From positions 2,763-66,762 of the forward strand of contig CAMJOZ010000001.1 in the NCBI GenBank assembly GCA_946407635.1: a DNA stretch of 64,000 nucleotides, read 5' to 3'. This DNA is from an uncultured Bacillales bacterium (lineage in GTDB: Bacteria > Bacillota_I > Bacilli_A > Acholeplasmatales > Anaeroplasmataceae). The notes below the pieces were generated by a model. The model did no database searches. It was not told the DNA's origin and saw nothing but the letters and a program-made list of their open reading frames with translations. The first letter of the stretch is position 1; each line of letters starts with the position of its first letter. Below, piece by piece: positions 20,447 through 30,109 of the stretch. The translations under genes and the position numbers were made by a program.

Positions 20447-21610
20447 TTACTTATCTGCCTTTATAACCTCAGTATAAGCCATTACAAGTGGACCTACACC
20501 CTTAGCATCATTATTTACAACTGGTTCAGAAATATAATATTCATAAGAACCATCTCTTCTTAAATTGTTTTCTGGTCCTAAACCAGCAACTAAACAAATA
20601 CCACCTAAATTTAAATCTCCATTTTCATCTTGAGATAAATATTTCTTACAGATACCATCAAAAATATCTAAACCGATTTGTTGATATCTAGGAGGTAAAG
20701 CTTCAAGTCTAACACCCTTTAATAAAGCATACGCAATCATTGCAGAGCCTGATGTTTCTAAATAATTACCCTTCTTTCCTGGATAATTAGGAACTTGATA
20801 GAACATTTTAGAATCCTTATCTTGATATTCTAAAATACCATCAACAGTTTCTTTTAAAATAGATTTAATAGTATTATATTCATCATACATTTGTTCGTCC
20901 ATATAATCTAATACATCGACTAAAGCAACTGTAAACCAACCAATACTTCTTAACCAGAAATTCTTTGATAAACCAGTTTTCTTATCAGCCCAGAACATAG
21001 TTCTTTCACTATCATATCCATGATAATAAAGCTTTGCTTTAGGATCAAACATAATCTTTCTAACATTCTTAAATTGATTAACAATGTCAGCGTAATTCAT
21101 TTTACCTCTTAAAGTTTGATATCTTGTATAAAATGGTTGAGCCATATATAATCCATCAAGCCATACTTGATTTGGATAAATCTTCTTATGCCAGAAATTA
21201 CCTTCTTTAGTTCTTGGATGAGTCTTAATTTGTGAGAAAGTTAATTCGATAGCCTTATCATATTTTTCTTCTTTTGTTAAATCTAATAAATCAAATAATA
21301 CTCTAGATTCACAAATATCATCAGTAGAATATTTTTCTGGCTCATAGCCTCTTATAGTTCCATCATCAAAAACATAATAATCTACAAACTTCTTAACAAA
21401 ATTAATGTATTTTTCATCTTTAGTTGTTTTATACATTTCTAAAAGTGATGTCATCATACAGCCATCAATATAATTCCATGCTGGTTTTTTACCATGATTA
21501 ATTGATTCGATATTCCATAAAGGCATATCTGGCTTAGATGTCATAAGCTTATCTATATATTTATCAATAATTTTATTCATCGCTTTATACCTCGTATATT
21601 TATTATACAT
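20447..21610 (-). CDS. Glycoside hydrolase family 88/105, unsaturated rhamnogalacturonyl/glucuronyl hydrolase (YteR-like)
   Basis: 387 aa. Contains WNYIDGCMMTSLLEMY, WHKKIYPNQVWLDGLYMAQPFY and WLRSIGWFTVALVD, typical of the (alpha/alpha)6 GH88/105 family. Confidence 0.75.
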   Translation of the reverse strand: MYNKYTRYKAMNKIIDKYIDKLMTSKPDMPLWNIESINHGKKPAWNYIDGCMMTSLLEMYKTTKDEKYINFVKKFVDYYVFDDGTIRGYEPEKYSTDDICESRVLFDLLDLTKEEKYDKAIELTFSQIKTHPRTKEGNFWHKKIYPNQVWLDGLYMAQPFYTRYQTLRGKMNYADIVNQFKNVRKIMFDPKAKLYYHGYDSERTMFWADKKTGLSKNFWLRSIGWFTVALVDVLDYMDEQMYDEYNTIKSILKETVDGILEYQDKDSKMFYQVPNYPGKKGNYLETSGSAMIAYALLKGVRLEALPPRYQQIGLDIFDGICKKYLSQDENGDLNLGGICLVAGLGPENNLRRDGSYEYYISEPVVNNDAKGVGPLVMAYTEVIKADK

Positions 21611-21642
21611 AATAAAAAAATTATTTACAAGAAAAGATTTTT

Positions 21643-22188
21643 TTAATTATTTAGACAATCTTTAATATTATCTAATGTAATATCTCCATCTCTTAAGACC
21701 TTTATGCCATCAACTAATGATAATACAGTTGAAGGATGATTAGATGATTGTTTATCACTATCATAAATATAATCAACTAAATCATTATATTTTTTATAAA
21801 TTTCATCATATTCATTAAGTGGTACATTACCACTTTCATTAACACTTGTTGTAAGCATAGGACCATTTTCTTTTAGAATATCAATAGCTTTAGAATAATT
21901 AGGTATTCTAACACCAATAGTTTCATATCCTATTTTTTCATAAACTTCCTTTTTAGCTTTAAGTATTAATGTTAAAGCACCTGGTAAGAATTTATTAATT
22001 AATTTAATTGCATCACTAGATACAATACAAATAGATTTAATTTGTTCTAAATCACTACATAAACAAGCTAAAGGCTTATCAAGTGGTCTATTTTTAATTT
22101 CATAAATTCTTTTAATTCCTTCTAAATCAAAAATAGGAGTTCCTATACCATAAACAGTATCAGTTGGGAAAATAATAACTTTACTCAT
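21643..22188 (-). CDS. tsaC: L-threonylcarbamoyladenylate synthase, short TsaC/YrdC type
   Basis: 181 aa. Contains FPTDTVYGIG...LTLILK...IGVRIP, and lies downstream of prmC. Confidence 0.85.
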   Translation of the reverse strand: MSKVIIFPTDTVYGIGTPIFDLEGIKRIYEIKNRPLDKPLACLCSDLEQIKSICIVSSDAIKLINKFLPGALTLILKAKKEVYEKIGYETIGVRIPNYSKAIDILKENGPMLTTSVNESGNVPLNEYDEIYKKYNDLVDYIYDSDKQSSNHPSTVLSLVDGIKVLRDGDITLDNIKDCLNN

Positions 22189-22190
22189 TT

Positions 22191-23036
22191 TTATATACCG
22201 ACATAAATAAATGTCATTCTGTCCCTTCCTTCTAAATCCTTAATAACTTCAACCTCAGAATTTGGAAAATATTTTTTAGCAAGCTTTATCATTTCTTCTT
22301 TCTTATCATAGCCATGCTCAAATGCAATTAAAGCTTTATCATTTAATAATGGCTTTAATCCTTCTAAAATGATTCTGTAAAATTTCATACCATCATTTCC
22401 ACCAAATAAAGCTATATTAGGCTCATTATCCTTAACTAAAGGCATTACCTCTTCATCTTCAGGAATATATGGTGGATTAGATACAAATATATCAAATTTC
22501 ATACCCTTTAAAGGCTCTAGCATATCACCTTGTAAAAATTTAACATTCGCACCTAATTTTTCATTATTCTTCTTCGCAACCTTTAAAGCATCATAAGATA
22601 TATCAGTTGCGATAACTTCCATATTAGGCTCTTCTTTTGAAAGTGATATAGCAATACAACCAGAACCAGTTGCTAAATCACAAACCTTAACCTTTTTACC
22701 TTTAAAATATTCATCATAACGGTATAATATATTTTCAACTAATTCTTCAGTTTCAAATCTAGGAATTAAAACATCTTCATTTACTATAAAATCATAACCA
22801 TAAAATGTAGTATAGCCAATCAAATATTGAATTGGTTTGTTTTCATGTAAATATTTCTTAAATATTTCATTAAATTTATTTATTGTATTTTCATCTATTT
22901 CTTCACTCATTTTTAAATATAAATCATGAGCTTCACAATTTAAAATAGATTCAAGTAATAAAATTACTGATGATTCTTCTTTATCATTATCTATAGCTTC
23001 TTGTTCTTTAATTTTTATAAATTTTTGATAAATCAT
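22191..23036 (-). CDS. prmC: Release-factor glutamine N5-methyltransferase PrmC/HemK
   Basis: 281 aa. Contains DLATGSGCIAISL and FVSNPPYIP. Confidence 0.9.
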   Translation of the reverse strand: MIYQKFIKIKEQEAIDNDKEESSVILLLESILNCEAHDLYLKMSEEIDENTINKFNEIFKKYLHENKPIQYLIGYTTFYGYDFIVNEDVLIPRFETEELVENILYRYDEYFKGKKVKVCDLATGSGCIAISLSKEEPNMEVIATDISYDALKVAKKNNEKLGANVKFLQGDMLEPLKGMKFDIFVSNPPYIPEDEEVMPLVKDNEPNIALFGGNDGMKFYRIILEGLKPLLNDKALIAFEHGYDKKEEMIKLAKKYFPNSEVEVIKDLEGRDRMTFIYVGI

Positions 23037-23485
23037 AAGAATTTCATCTCCTTTAATATACCATTATCATAAAATAATTCTAATTTAAAAAAGTCATAAT
23101 TTTCATCAATTATTCTTTTTAAGAATATTTTATCACCTTCAAATAAATTAAGTGATAAAACATCTTCTTTATTTATCCATTTAAATGTCCCTTCATCATT
23201 AAAGATTTCTAATCCTTTAAAATCTAAAACAACATATAAATGCATCAATTCAGAATAAGAATTATCATAAAAATAAACATCACCTAAATATTTATAATCT
23301 AAAATATCTAAATTTGTTTCTTCTTTAACCTCACGATATAAAGCTTCAATTGGTGTTTCATTTTTTTCTATATGACCACCAACACCAATCCATTTACCCA
23401 TATTTATATCATTTTCTTTTTTATTTCTATAAAGCATTAAATATTCATTTTTCTTTTTAATATAACATAATACAGTTTCATTCAT
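23033..23485 (-). CDS. NUDIX hydrolase (MutT-like)
   Basis: 150 aa with the Nudix box GGHIEKNETPIEALYREVKEETNL. Confidence 0.85.
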   Translation of the reverse strand: MNETVLCYIKKKNEYLMLYRNKKENDINMGKWIGVGGHIEKNETPIEALYREVKEETNLDILDYKYLGDVYFYDNSYSELMHLYVVLDFKGLEIFNDEGTFKWINKEDVLSLNLFEGDKIFLKRIIDENYDFFKLELFYDNGILKEMKFL

Positions 23486-23492
23486 ATTCTTT

Positions 23493-23520
23493 AAAAAAAG
23501 AATTAGAAAAAATCTAATTC
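23493..23520 (-). terminator. Rho-independent terminator
   Basis: Perfect stem gaattaga/tctaattc (23500-23507 / 23513-23520) followed by a 7-T run on the minus strand. Confidence 0.7.
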
Positions 23521-24069
23521 TTATAAAAACCTATTTTTTTCATCAATTATAGCTTTACATAATTCAGTCAATTTAGCATCAAATTCTAATGTTTTATCTT
23601 CTAAATTACCTTCCTCATGTAAAAATGGATCTTTTGAATCCTTAATTAAAGATGGTGTGTAGTATTTAACACAAACTCCATTTTTAATAGCTAAAAAAGT
23701 AGGAAGATTCATCTTAGCTATTAAAGTATCCTTAACTAAATTATCACTTTTATAGCCAGTATGTTCAATAATATAATAATATTTAAGTTTGTTTTCAAGT
23801 GTTAAACAATCTCTTAAATCTTCTTCTTCCTTAAATACATTTACAAATTTAGGATTATAAACAAATACTTCTTCTAATCCTTCTCTTTTACAAATGTCGT
23901 TTGTTTCTTTCATGATTGATTGACATTTATTATGCCATGGTCCACCAACCAATATTAAACCAGTTTTAAAGCTGTCTAAAATATCTTTTAATTCATCATA
24001 ATTGATTTCTTTAAAAATATTATTTTCATCAGTTAAATACTTATATTGCTCACAAAAATTCAATTTCAT
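23521..24069 (-). CDS. Thioredoxin-fold-like protein with a degenerate active site (WHNKC instead of WCxxC)
   Basis: 182 aa. LILVGGPWHNKCQ ... LPTFLAIKNG follows the Trx beta1-alpha1 and cis-Pro pattern. It overlaps rsmI by 4 nt. Function is unknown. Confidence 0.35.
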   Translation of the reverse strand: MKLNFCEQYKYLTDENNIFKEINYDELKDILDSFKTGLILVGGPWHNKCQSIMKETNDICKREGLEEVFVYNPKFVNVFKEEEDLRDCLTLENKLKYYYIIEHTGYKSDNLVKDTLIAKMNLPTFLAIKNGVCVKYYTPSLIKDSKDPFLHEEGNLEDKTLEFDAKLTELCKAIIDEKNRFL

Positions 24070-24914
24070 TCACCTTTATTCTTGTAATCTAGATATTTTT
24101 TATATAATTCATTTTTATCTAGATTAAACTCATTTGCTACCTCTTTGATAGCTTGGCTAGTTTTAGTGCCTAAAGCGATTCTTTGTTCTATTTCACTTAT
24201 TGGATCTAAATTACTAGCTATTTCTTCTTTAGCTCCTTCAACAATTAAGACAATTTCACCTTTAATATTGTCATAATTAATTATTTCTGAAACACGACCA
24301 CGAATAAATTCTTCATTAATCTTAGTTAATTCTCTAGCTATACAAATATTTCTATCACCTAACACCTCTAAAATATCATTTAAAGTATCATGAATTCTAT
24401 GAGGAGCTTCATAAAAAATCATAGTATATCCTAAATTCTTTAGGTTTAATAATTGCTTAATTCTTTTTGTTTTTTGGCTCTCTAAAAAACCAAAAAATAG
24501 ATATGGCATAGGAACTAATCCTGAAGAAATTAAAGCTGAAATACCAGCACTCGCACCAGGAATAGTAGAAACTCTAATACCATTTTCAATTGCTAGAGTA
24601 GAAATTTTATAACCAGGATCTGAAATGACAGGTAGGCCTGCGTCAGAAATAATAGCAATCTTCTTTCCAGATTTTAATTCGTTTAAAATTTCTTCACTTT
24701 TAATATCTTGATTAAATTCATGATAGCTTAATAATTTAGTTTTAATATTATAATGTCTTAATAAAATACTAGAGTTTCTAGTATCCTCAGCGTAGATTAT
24801 ATCCACATTATTTAATACTTCAATCGCACGATAAGAAAAATCACTCAAATTTCCTATTGGTGTAGCAACTAAATATAAAATGGCGCCATCAGAATCAAAG
24901 CTTTTGATACGCAT
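24066..24914 (-). CDS. rsmI: 16S rRNA (cytidine1402-2'-O)-methyltransferase RsmI
   Basis: 282 aa. Contains LYLVATPIGNLSDFSYRA...AEDTR...ISDAGLPVISDPG. Confidence 0.92.
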   Translation of the reverse strand: MRIKSFDSDGAILYLVATPIGNLSDFSYRAIEVLNNVDIIYAEDTRNSSILLRHYNIKTKLLSYHEFNQDIKSEEILNELKSGKKIAIISDAGLPVISDPGYKISTLAIENGIRVSTIPGASAGISALISSGLVPMPYLFFGFLESQKTKRIKQLLNLKNLGYTMIFYEAPHRIHDTLNDILEVLGDRNICIARELTKINEEFIRGRVSEIINYDNIKGEIVLIVEGAKEEIASNLDPISEIEQRIALGTKTSQAIKEVANEFNLDKNELYKKYLDYKNKGE

Positions 24915-25321
24915 TAGTTTTTAATAATACGAATGCCTTTTTCTCTTAAGTCACGTTGAGCGTAAACTAAAGAGATTAACTCTCTACGCTTTTCATTAGA
25001 TATTTCAAATTCTTCTTGAACCTTTTGTAAGAATAATAATTCAGATGTATTATATAAGTCATCTTCCATTGAAATAGTAACTAGATTTAAGTAAACAATA
25101 TTCTTTACAACTTGATTACAATTGATGAAAAAATTAATAGTATTTTCAATTGTATCAGTCTTACGGAATGTATATTCATCCTTTACTTGATCTAGTTCAG
25201 CTATCATCTTGTTTAATACCTTCTTTTCAACATCTGTTGGTTCACCATCGATATCAACCATGTAAACAGCTAAATCTAAGAACTTTAACATTTCCTTTTT
25301 GTTTAAATAGCTTAAAAACAT
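24914..25321 (-). CDS. Small helical protein, TerB-like (weak call)
   Basis: 135 aa. LDLAVYMVDIDGEPTDVEKKVLNKMI resembles the TerB/DjlA N-domain pattern. It is coupled to rsmI through a 1-nt overlap. Confidence 0.3.
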   Translation of the reverse strand: MFLSYLNKKEMLKFLDLAVYMVDIDGEPTDVEKKVLNKMIAELDQVKDEYTFRKTDTIENTINFFINCNQVVKNIVYLNLVTISMEDDLYNTSELLFLQKVQEEFEISNEKRRELISLVYAQRDLREKGIRIIKN

Positions 25322-25323
25322 TG

Positions 25324-26061
25324 TTAATCAACTCCTTCATAATTATATATTTTTAAGACTTCTTGAGTCCATGTATTATCATCATTATAAACATATAACG
25401 GTGCCTCTATTTTAAGTGATCCTGGATTAGAATCATAGGTACCTTCAATTAATATATGATTACAATCATAACCCATTTTAGGATAAATAAACCTTAATCT
25501 TTTAGGTTCTATTCTATATTTTTTAAATACTTCTAATATTTCCATAAGTCTATCAGGTCTATGTACCATCGCAAATCTACCTTTAGTTTTTAAAAGTAAA
25601 CTTGCTTCCTTAACGATATCATCAAGTGTCGCAAGTATTTCGTGTCTTGCAACAGCTTTGTTATCATTAGGATTAATATTATTATTTCCTACCTTAAAAA
25701 AAGGAGGATTACAGGTAACTAAATCAAATTTATGATTACCTATTTTTTTATTTATATCAATTAAATTATCATTTAATAATTCAATTTGATTTTGTAAATT
25801 ATTCTCATTTATAGATTTAATACCTAAATCATAAGAATGTTTTAAAACTTCTACTCCTACTATTTTAGATTTACATCTTAAAGATAAATATAAAGGTATT
25901 GGAGCATTTCCACTACATAAATCACATATATTATTTGTTGTTTTAGTTATTTTACAAAAGCTAGCAAGTAACATTGAATCTAGTGAAAAATTGAAATATT
26001 CAGTATCTTGATATATTTTAAGTAGTGGTCTACCTAAAAGTTCATTAGAAACTATCGTCAT
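25324..26061 (-). CDS. tRNA (adenine-N6)-methyltransferase-like, YabB/TrmN6 family
   Basis: 245 aa. Contains DLCSGNAPIPLYLS and VTCNPPFFKV. Same synteny position as B. subtilis yabB. Confidence 0.8.
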   Translation of the reverse strand: MTIVSNELLGRPLLKIYQDTEYFNFSLDSMLLASFCKITKTTNNICDLCSGNAPIPLYLSLRCKSKIVGVEVLKHSYDLGIKSINENNLQNQIELLNDNLIDINKKIGNHKFDLVTCNPPFFKVGNNNINPNDNKAVARHEILATLDDIVKEASLLLKTKGRFAMVHRPDRLMEILEVFKKYRIEPKRLRFIYPKMGYDCNHILIEGTYDSNPGSLKIEAPLYVYNDDNTWTQEVLKIYNYEGVD

Positions 26062-26890
26062 CCTCGTACCTTACAACCTTATCTTTTCTTGGAGTAAATT
26101 CAACATCACTTATTTTTAAATATCCAAATTTATTATCTTCATTTAAATATTTAACCTTTAAATTCTTGTTAATAACATCACAAGATAAAACCTTAGCCTC
26201 GCCATCAGCTGTCTTTACTATATCACCAATATCAGGAGCGTTCTTTCTTAATTCAGTATATAAATCATTTTCATAATTTATACAGCATAATAATTTACCA
26301 CAATTACCTGATATCTTTACTGGATTTAAGGATAATGATTGATTCTTCGCCATCTTAACACTTACGTTTGCAAATTCAGTAATAAATGTTTGGCAACATA
26401 CAATTAATCCACAAGGACCAATACCACCAAATACCTTCGCACCATCTCTAGAACCAACCTGTCTTAATTCAATTCTAGTATGATATATTTCAGCTAAATC
26501 CTTAACAAGATTTCTAAAATCAACTCTACCTTCAGATTCAAAATAAATAATTAATTTTGATCTATCTAGTGTATATTCACATTCTAATACCTTCATATCA
26601 AGGTCATTTCTTTTAGCAAGCTCTTTAGTTTTCTTTAATATAAAAGGTTCATCTTCCTTATTCTTTTCATAACCTTTTATATCATCATCTGTTGCTATTC
26701 TAACAATATCTTTCAATTCAGAAGTTAAATCTTCTTCCTTTAAATCAAAAGATTCACCTACAACAAAACCTAATTCAAGACCTCTTACTGTATTTACAAT
26801 GACCTTAGCTTTATCAGTTATATTTAAATTTCCATATGAGAAAAAATATCTTTTTCCAGCTGGTTTAAACTGAACCCTAATTGCCTTCAT
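26045..26890 (-). CDS. ricT: PSP1-domain protein RicT/YaaT
   Basis: 281 aa with a Cys cluster GPCGLIVCCQTF...SGNCGKLLCC. Lies downstream of holB, as in Bacilli. Confidence 0.85.
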   Translation of the reverse strand: MKAIRVQFKPAGKRYFFSYGNLNITDKAKVIVNTVRGLELGFVVGESFDLKEEDLTSELKDIVRIATDDDIKGYEKNKEDEPFILKKTKELAKRNDLDMKVLECEYTLDRSKLIIYFESEGRVDFRNLVKDLAEIYHTRIELRQVGSRDGAKVFGGIGPCGLIVCCQTFITEFANVSVKMAKNQSLSLNPVKISGNCGKLLCCINYENDLYTELRKNAPDIGDIVKTADGEAKVLSCDVINKNLKVKYLNEDNKFGYLKISDVEFTPRKDKVVRYEDDDSF

Positions 26891-26900
26891 AATTTCACCA

Positions 26901-27863
26901 TTAAATAAATTTATCTACGATATCAAAAAATACGTTTTTAGCAAGAACATTTGCCTTAAGCATCTTAAAATCATTTAAGATGTTTTCGTACTTTTCTTCT
27001 AGATTATTGTTTTTCTTCTTATATGATAAGATTTTATCACACAAAGGCTTTAAAATCAATTTATCAGTACTATTTTTGGATAAATTAACATCCTCTAAAA
27101 ATTGTAAAATAAATGATAATAACATATTAAGATTTTGATAATCACTATAAAACATTTGGTTTTTCAAATAAAATAGTGTCATATCTTTTTTTGTTTTAAT
27201 ATCTAATAATTCTAAAAAAGAATCACGAACCATAAAATAATTATCATTTTTATATATTTCAAGTGCCTCATCAGAATCATTTGTTAAGCAAGATAATAAG
27301 CTTGCATCAATTAATTCAATACCACTTTCATGAATAATATCTCTTAATGAATCTCTAGGAATATTATCAAAATGTTCTAAAACACATCTTGATTGAATTG
27401 TTGTCACAACATTAGATAATTCAGTAGCGATAAAAATACCAATTGTTTTTTCTTTATTTTGTGGCTCCTCAATAAATTTCAATAATGAATTTTGACCACT
27501 TATTGATGTTTCATCTATACCATCAACAATATAAACTCTAGGACCTTCCTCTAAGCTTGTTTTAGAAAACTCATCTTGAAGTTGTATTATTTGTTCTTTT
27601 GATATTTGTCTTTTATCATCATCAACAGTAATATAAGACACATTAATATGATTACCAGATAATATTCTTTTACATTCAGGGCATTCAAAACAACAACCAT
27701 TTTTACAATATAGCATGCAAGCTAAAGCATATGCCATTTCTTTTTTACCAGTACCCTTTTCACCGTAAAATAAATATGCATGAGATAATCTATCATTATC
27801 ATATGCTTGTTTTAAGATATTAAAATTCTTCTTTTGAGTAACTAAAACATCTTTAACCTTCAT
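26901..27863 (-). CDS. holB: DNA polymerase III subunit delta'
   Basis: 320 aa. Contains HAYLFYGEKGTGKKEMA, the Zn module CKNGCCFECPECKR and SRC (IQSRC). Confidence 0.9.
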   Translation of the reverse strand: MKVKDVLVTQKKNFNILKQAYDNDRLSHAYLFYGEKGTGKKEMAYALACMLYCKNGCCFECPECKRILSGNHINVSYITVDDDKRQISKEQIIQLQDEFSKTSLEEGPRVYIVDGIDETSISGQNSLLKFIEEPQNKEKTIGIFIATELSNVVTTIQSRCVLEHFDNIPRDSLRDIIHESGIELIDASLLSCLTNDSDEALEIYKNDNYFMVRDSFLELLDIKTKKDMTLFYLKNQMFYSDYQNLNMLLSFILQFLEDVNLSKNSTDKLILKPLCDKILSYKKKNNNLEEKYENILNDFKMLKANVLAKNVFFDIVDKFI

Positions 27864-27864
27864 T

Positions 27865-28488
27865 TTATACTCCTAAATATTTTAATACTGCCTTCTTACA
27901 ATCATTAACAACATCATTTAAAGGTTGATTCCCATCTATAACAACAAATCTATCTGGATATAATTTTAAAGCTTCATGATATCCTTCATAAACTTTATTA
28001 TGAAAATCAATTGTTTCTAAATCTAATCTATCAGTTTTATCTCTTAAAGATAATCTTTTTAAAGCAACCTCAGGCTTAACATCAATAAATATTGTTAAAT
28101 CAGGTAAATGATCTAACGCAAATGAATTAATCTTTAAAATATTTTCTAATCCTAATCCACGAGCAACACCTTGATATGCAATAGATGAATCTAAATATCT
28201 ATCACATAAAACAATTTTACCTTCTTTTAGTGAAGGTATTACTTTTTTATTTAAATGTTCCATACGAGCAGCCGCGTAAAGTAAAGCTTCACATTCAGGC
28301 TCCATACCAACATTATCAACATTTAAAATAACCTTTCTAATATCTTCAGCTATTTTAACTCCACCTGGTTCTCTTGTTGAAACATAATTTATATTTAATT
28401 CATCAAACATTTTAACTATTTCAGCTATAACAGTAGTTTTACCACTACATTCTCCACCTTCAAAAGTAATAAAATTCTTCTCTCTCAT
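27865..28488 (-). CDS. tmk: Thymidylate kinase
   Basis: 207 aa. P-loop FEGGECSGKTT and DRYLDSSIAYQG. Confidence 0.93.
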   Translation of the reverse strand: MREKNFITFEGGECSGKTTVIAEIVKMFDELNINYVSTREPGGVKIAEDIRKVILNVDNVGMEPECEALLYAAARMEHLNKKVIPSLKEGKIVLCDRYLDSSIAYQGVARGLGLENILKINSFALDHLPDLTIFIDVKPEVALKRLSLRDKTDRLDLETIDFHNKVYEGYHEALKLYPDRFVVIDGNQPLNDVVNDCKKAVLKYLGV

Positions 28489-28497
28489 AATGGATTC

Positions 28498-28923
28498 CTA
28501 CTTTCTATTATTATTGACTCTAAACTTAGGTTTATTATCATTACCATCTTTTTTAGAATGATAATTAAAAATCATAAACATAACTACAATTAATATAGTT
28601 CCTACAAAACTTAGAATTAAATATAAATAATTATAAACTTCATAACCACCGACATATTTAACTAAATAATAAGCACCTACATTTAATACTGTATAAAATG
28701 CGTGCATAGCAATTGTAAATCTTTGAGCTTGATATTCTTTAATAACCATTTCTTCAATCATAATAGCAATTAAATTAAATAAACCTAAACCCATTATAAT
28801 TCCTAATGAAGAATAATAAAAATTAATATCTAATTTTAATACTATTGCTAAAACAATTATAGCAACAATAGCTAATATATCTACTAAAAGCTCTATACCT
28901 AAAAATATTTTCTTCTTATCCAT
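28498..28923 (-). CDS. Integral membrane protein (4 helices), unknown function
   Basis: 141 aa and hydrophobic, with a basic C-terminal tail. Confidence 0.45.
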   Translation of the reverse strand: MDKKKIFLGIELLVDILAIVAIIVLAIVLKLDINFYYSSLGIIMGLGLFNLIAIMIEEMVIKEYQAQRFTIAMHAFYTVLNVGAYYLVKYVGGYEVYNYLYLILSFVGTILIVVMFMIFNYHSKKDGNDNKPKFRVNNNRK

Positions 28924-28926
28924 AAC

Positions 28927-29394
28927 TTACCTCAATAATTCAATAAGCTTATCAAAAACAAAATCACATGCTTTCATTCTAACATTATTTCTACCAATAT
29001 CATTAAAATTAACATCATATGTATGAATATCACCATTAATATAAAATCCAAAACAAACATATCCAACTGGATTTATACCATCTGATGAAGGTCCAGCAAC
29101 ACCTGTTACTCCAACTCCTACATTAGAATTAGTATTAATAGCTACTCCCTTAGCCATTTCATAAGCTACTTCTTTAGAAGATACACCATATTTATCAATT
29201 GTATTTTTTGATACATTTAAATATTTAATTTTTGATTCATTTGAATATGTAATAAATGATTCATTTAAAACCATAGATGCGTTAGCAACATTAATTAATC
29301 TTGATGCACACATACCACCAGTACATGATTCAGAAAATGAAATATGATATTTTTTTTCAATTAAAATTTTAACTAATTGTTCTTCTTTATTCAT
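28927..29394 (-). CDS. CinA C-terminal domain protein / nicotinamide-nucleotide amidohydrolase PncC-like
   Basis: 155 aa. Contains FSESCTGGMCAS...GVTGVAGP. Confidence 0.85.
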   Translation of the reverse strand: MNKEEQLVKILIEKKYHISFSESCTGGMCASRLINVANASMVLNESFITYSNESKIKYLNVSKNTIDKYGVSSKEVAYEMAKGVAINTNSNVGVGVTGVAGPSSDGINPVGYVCFGFYINGDIHTYDVNFNDIGRNNVRMKACDFVFDKLIELLR

Positions 29395-29440
29395 ACATAA
29401 ACACCATAAAATATTATAACATTTTATTTATATAAATAAA

Positions 29441-29478
29441 ATAAAAATGCGTACAATTAGTAAACTAATCATACGCAT
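29441..29478 (-). terminator. Rho-independent terminator after the KH-domain gene
   Basis: Outer stem atgcgta/tacgcat (29447-29453 / 29472-29478) encloses an inner attagt/actaat stem, followed by a T-rich run on the minus strand. Confidence 0.7.
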
Positions 29479-29482
29479 ATTA

Positions 29483-29728
29483 TTATTGATTACTATCAAT
29501 ATCTAAATGAATTTTCTTTCCTTCCTTAGAAGCTCCAGCGTAAAGAATTGTTCTAATGGCCTTAGCTAAGCTACCACCTTTACCAATTACTCTACCTAGA
29601 TCATTAGGACTAACCTTTACTTGAAATTCTAAATTATTATCATCTTGAGATTTATCAATAATTTGAACATCGTTAGGATAAGCAACTAAAGGAAGAATTA
29701 AACTTTTAATCAATTCTTCAAACTTCAT
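29483..29728 (-). CDS. KH-domain RNA-binding protein (YlqC family)
   Basis: 81 aa with GRVIGKGGSLAKAIRTI. Lies immediately after rpsP, as in Bacilli. Confidence 0.88.
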   Translation of the reverse strand: MKFEELIKSLILPLVAYPNDVQIIDKSQDDNNLEFQVKVSPNDLGRVIGKGGSLAKAIRTILYAGASKEGKKIHLDIDSNQ

Positions 29729-29746
29729 TACTTAATCACCATCCTA

Positions 29747-29992
29747 TTACTTTGAAATTACTTTGTTAGCGATTAAGATATTCTTTACTGTTACAGTTGG
29801 TTGAGCACCATTTTTAATCCAAGCTTGAATCTTTTCAGCATTTAAAGTTACAGTAGCTGGATCAGTTAAAGGATTGTAAGTACCTAAAATTTCTAAGAAC
29901 TTACCATCACGAGGTGATCTTGAGTCTGCAGCAACGATACGATATTTTGGAGCCTTATGAGCACCAAATCTTTGTAATCTAATTTTTACCAT
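29747..29992 (-). CDS. rpsP: 30S ribosomal protein S16
   Basis: Start moved to the ATG at 29992 ([20 protein letters not shown]). The track start is a GTG abutting the SD. Confidence 0.95.
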   Translation of the reverse strand: MVKIRLQRFGAHKAPKYRIVAADSRSPRDGKFLEILGTYNPLTDPATVTLNAEKIQAWIKNGAQPTVTVKNILIANKVISK

Positions 29993-30030
29993 ATATATAA
30001 ACACTCCTTCTTTTCTAATCTACGGATAAA

Positions 30031-30058
30031 ATTATACCATATAAAAGTATACTGTCAA
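30031..30058 (-). promoter_or_regulatory. Sigma-A type promoter of rpsP
   Basis: The minus strand reads TTGACA (30053-30058), a 16-nt spacer, then TATAAT (30031-30036) with a TGg extension. Confidence 0.65.
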
Positions 30059-30076
30059 GTATTTTTTCTTGACAGA

Positions 30077-30109
30077 ATAAAAACAAAAGATAAGTCAAAT
30101 TTGACTTAT
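30077..30109 (-). terminator. Rho-independent terminator at the end of bioY
   Basis: The perfect palindrome ataagtcaaatttgacttat (30090-30109) includes the bioY stop codon and is followed by CTTTTGTTTTTATT on the minus strand. Confidence 0.75.
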
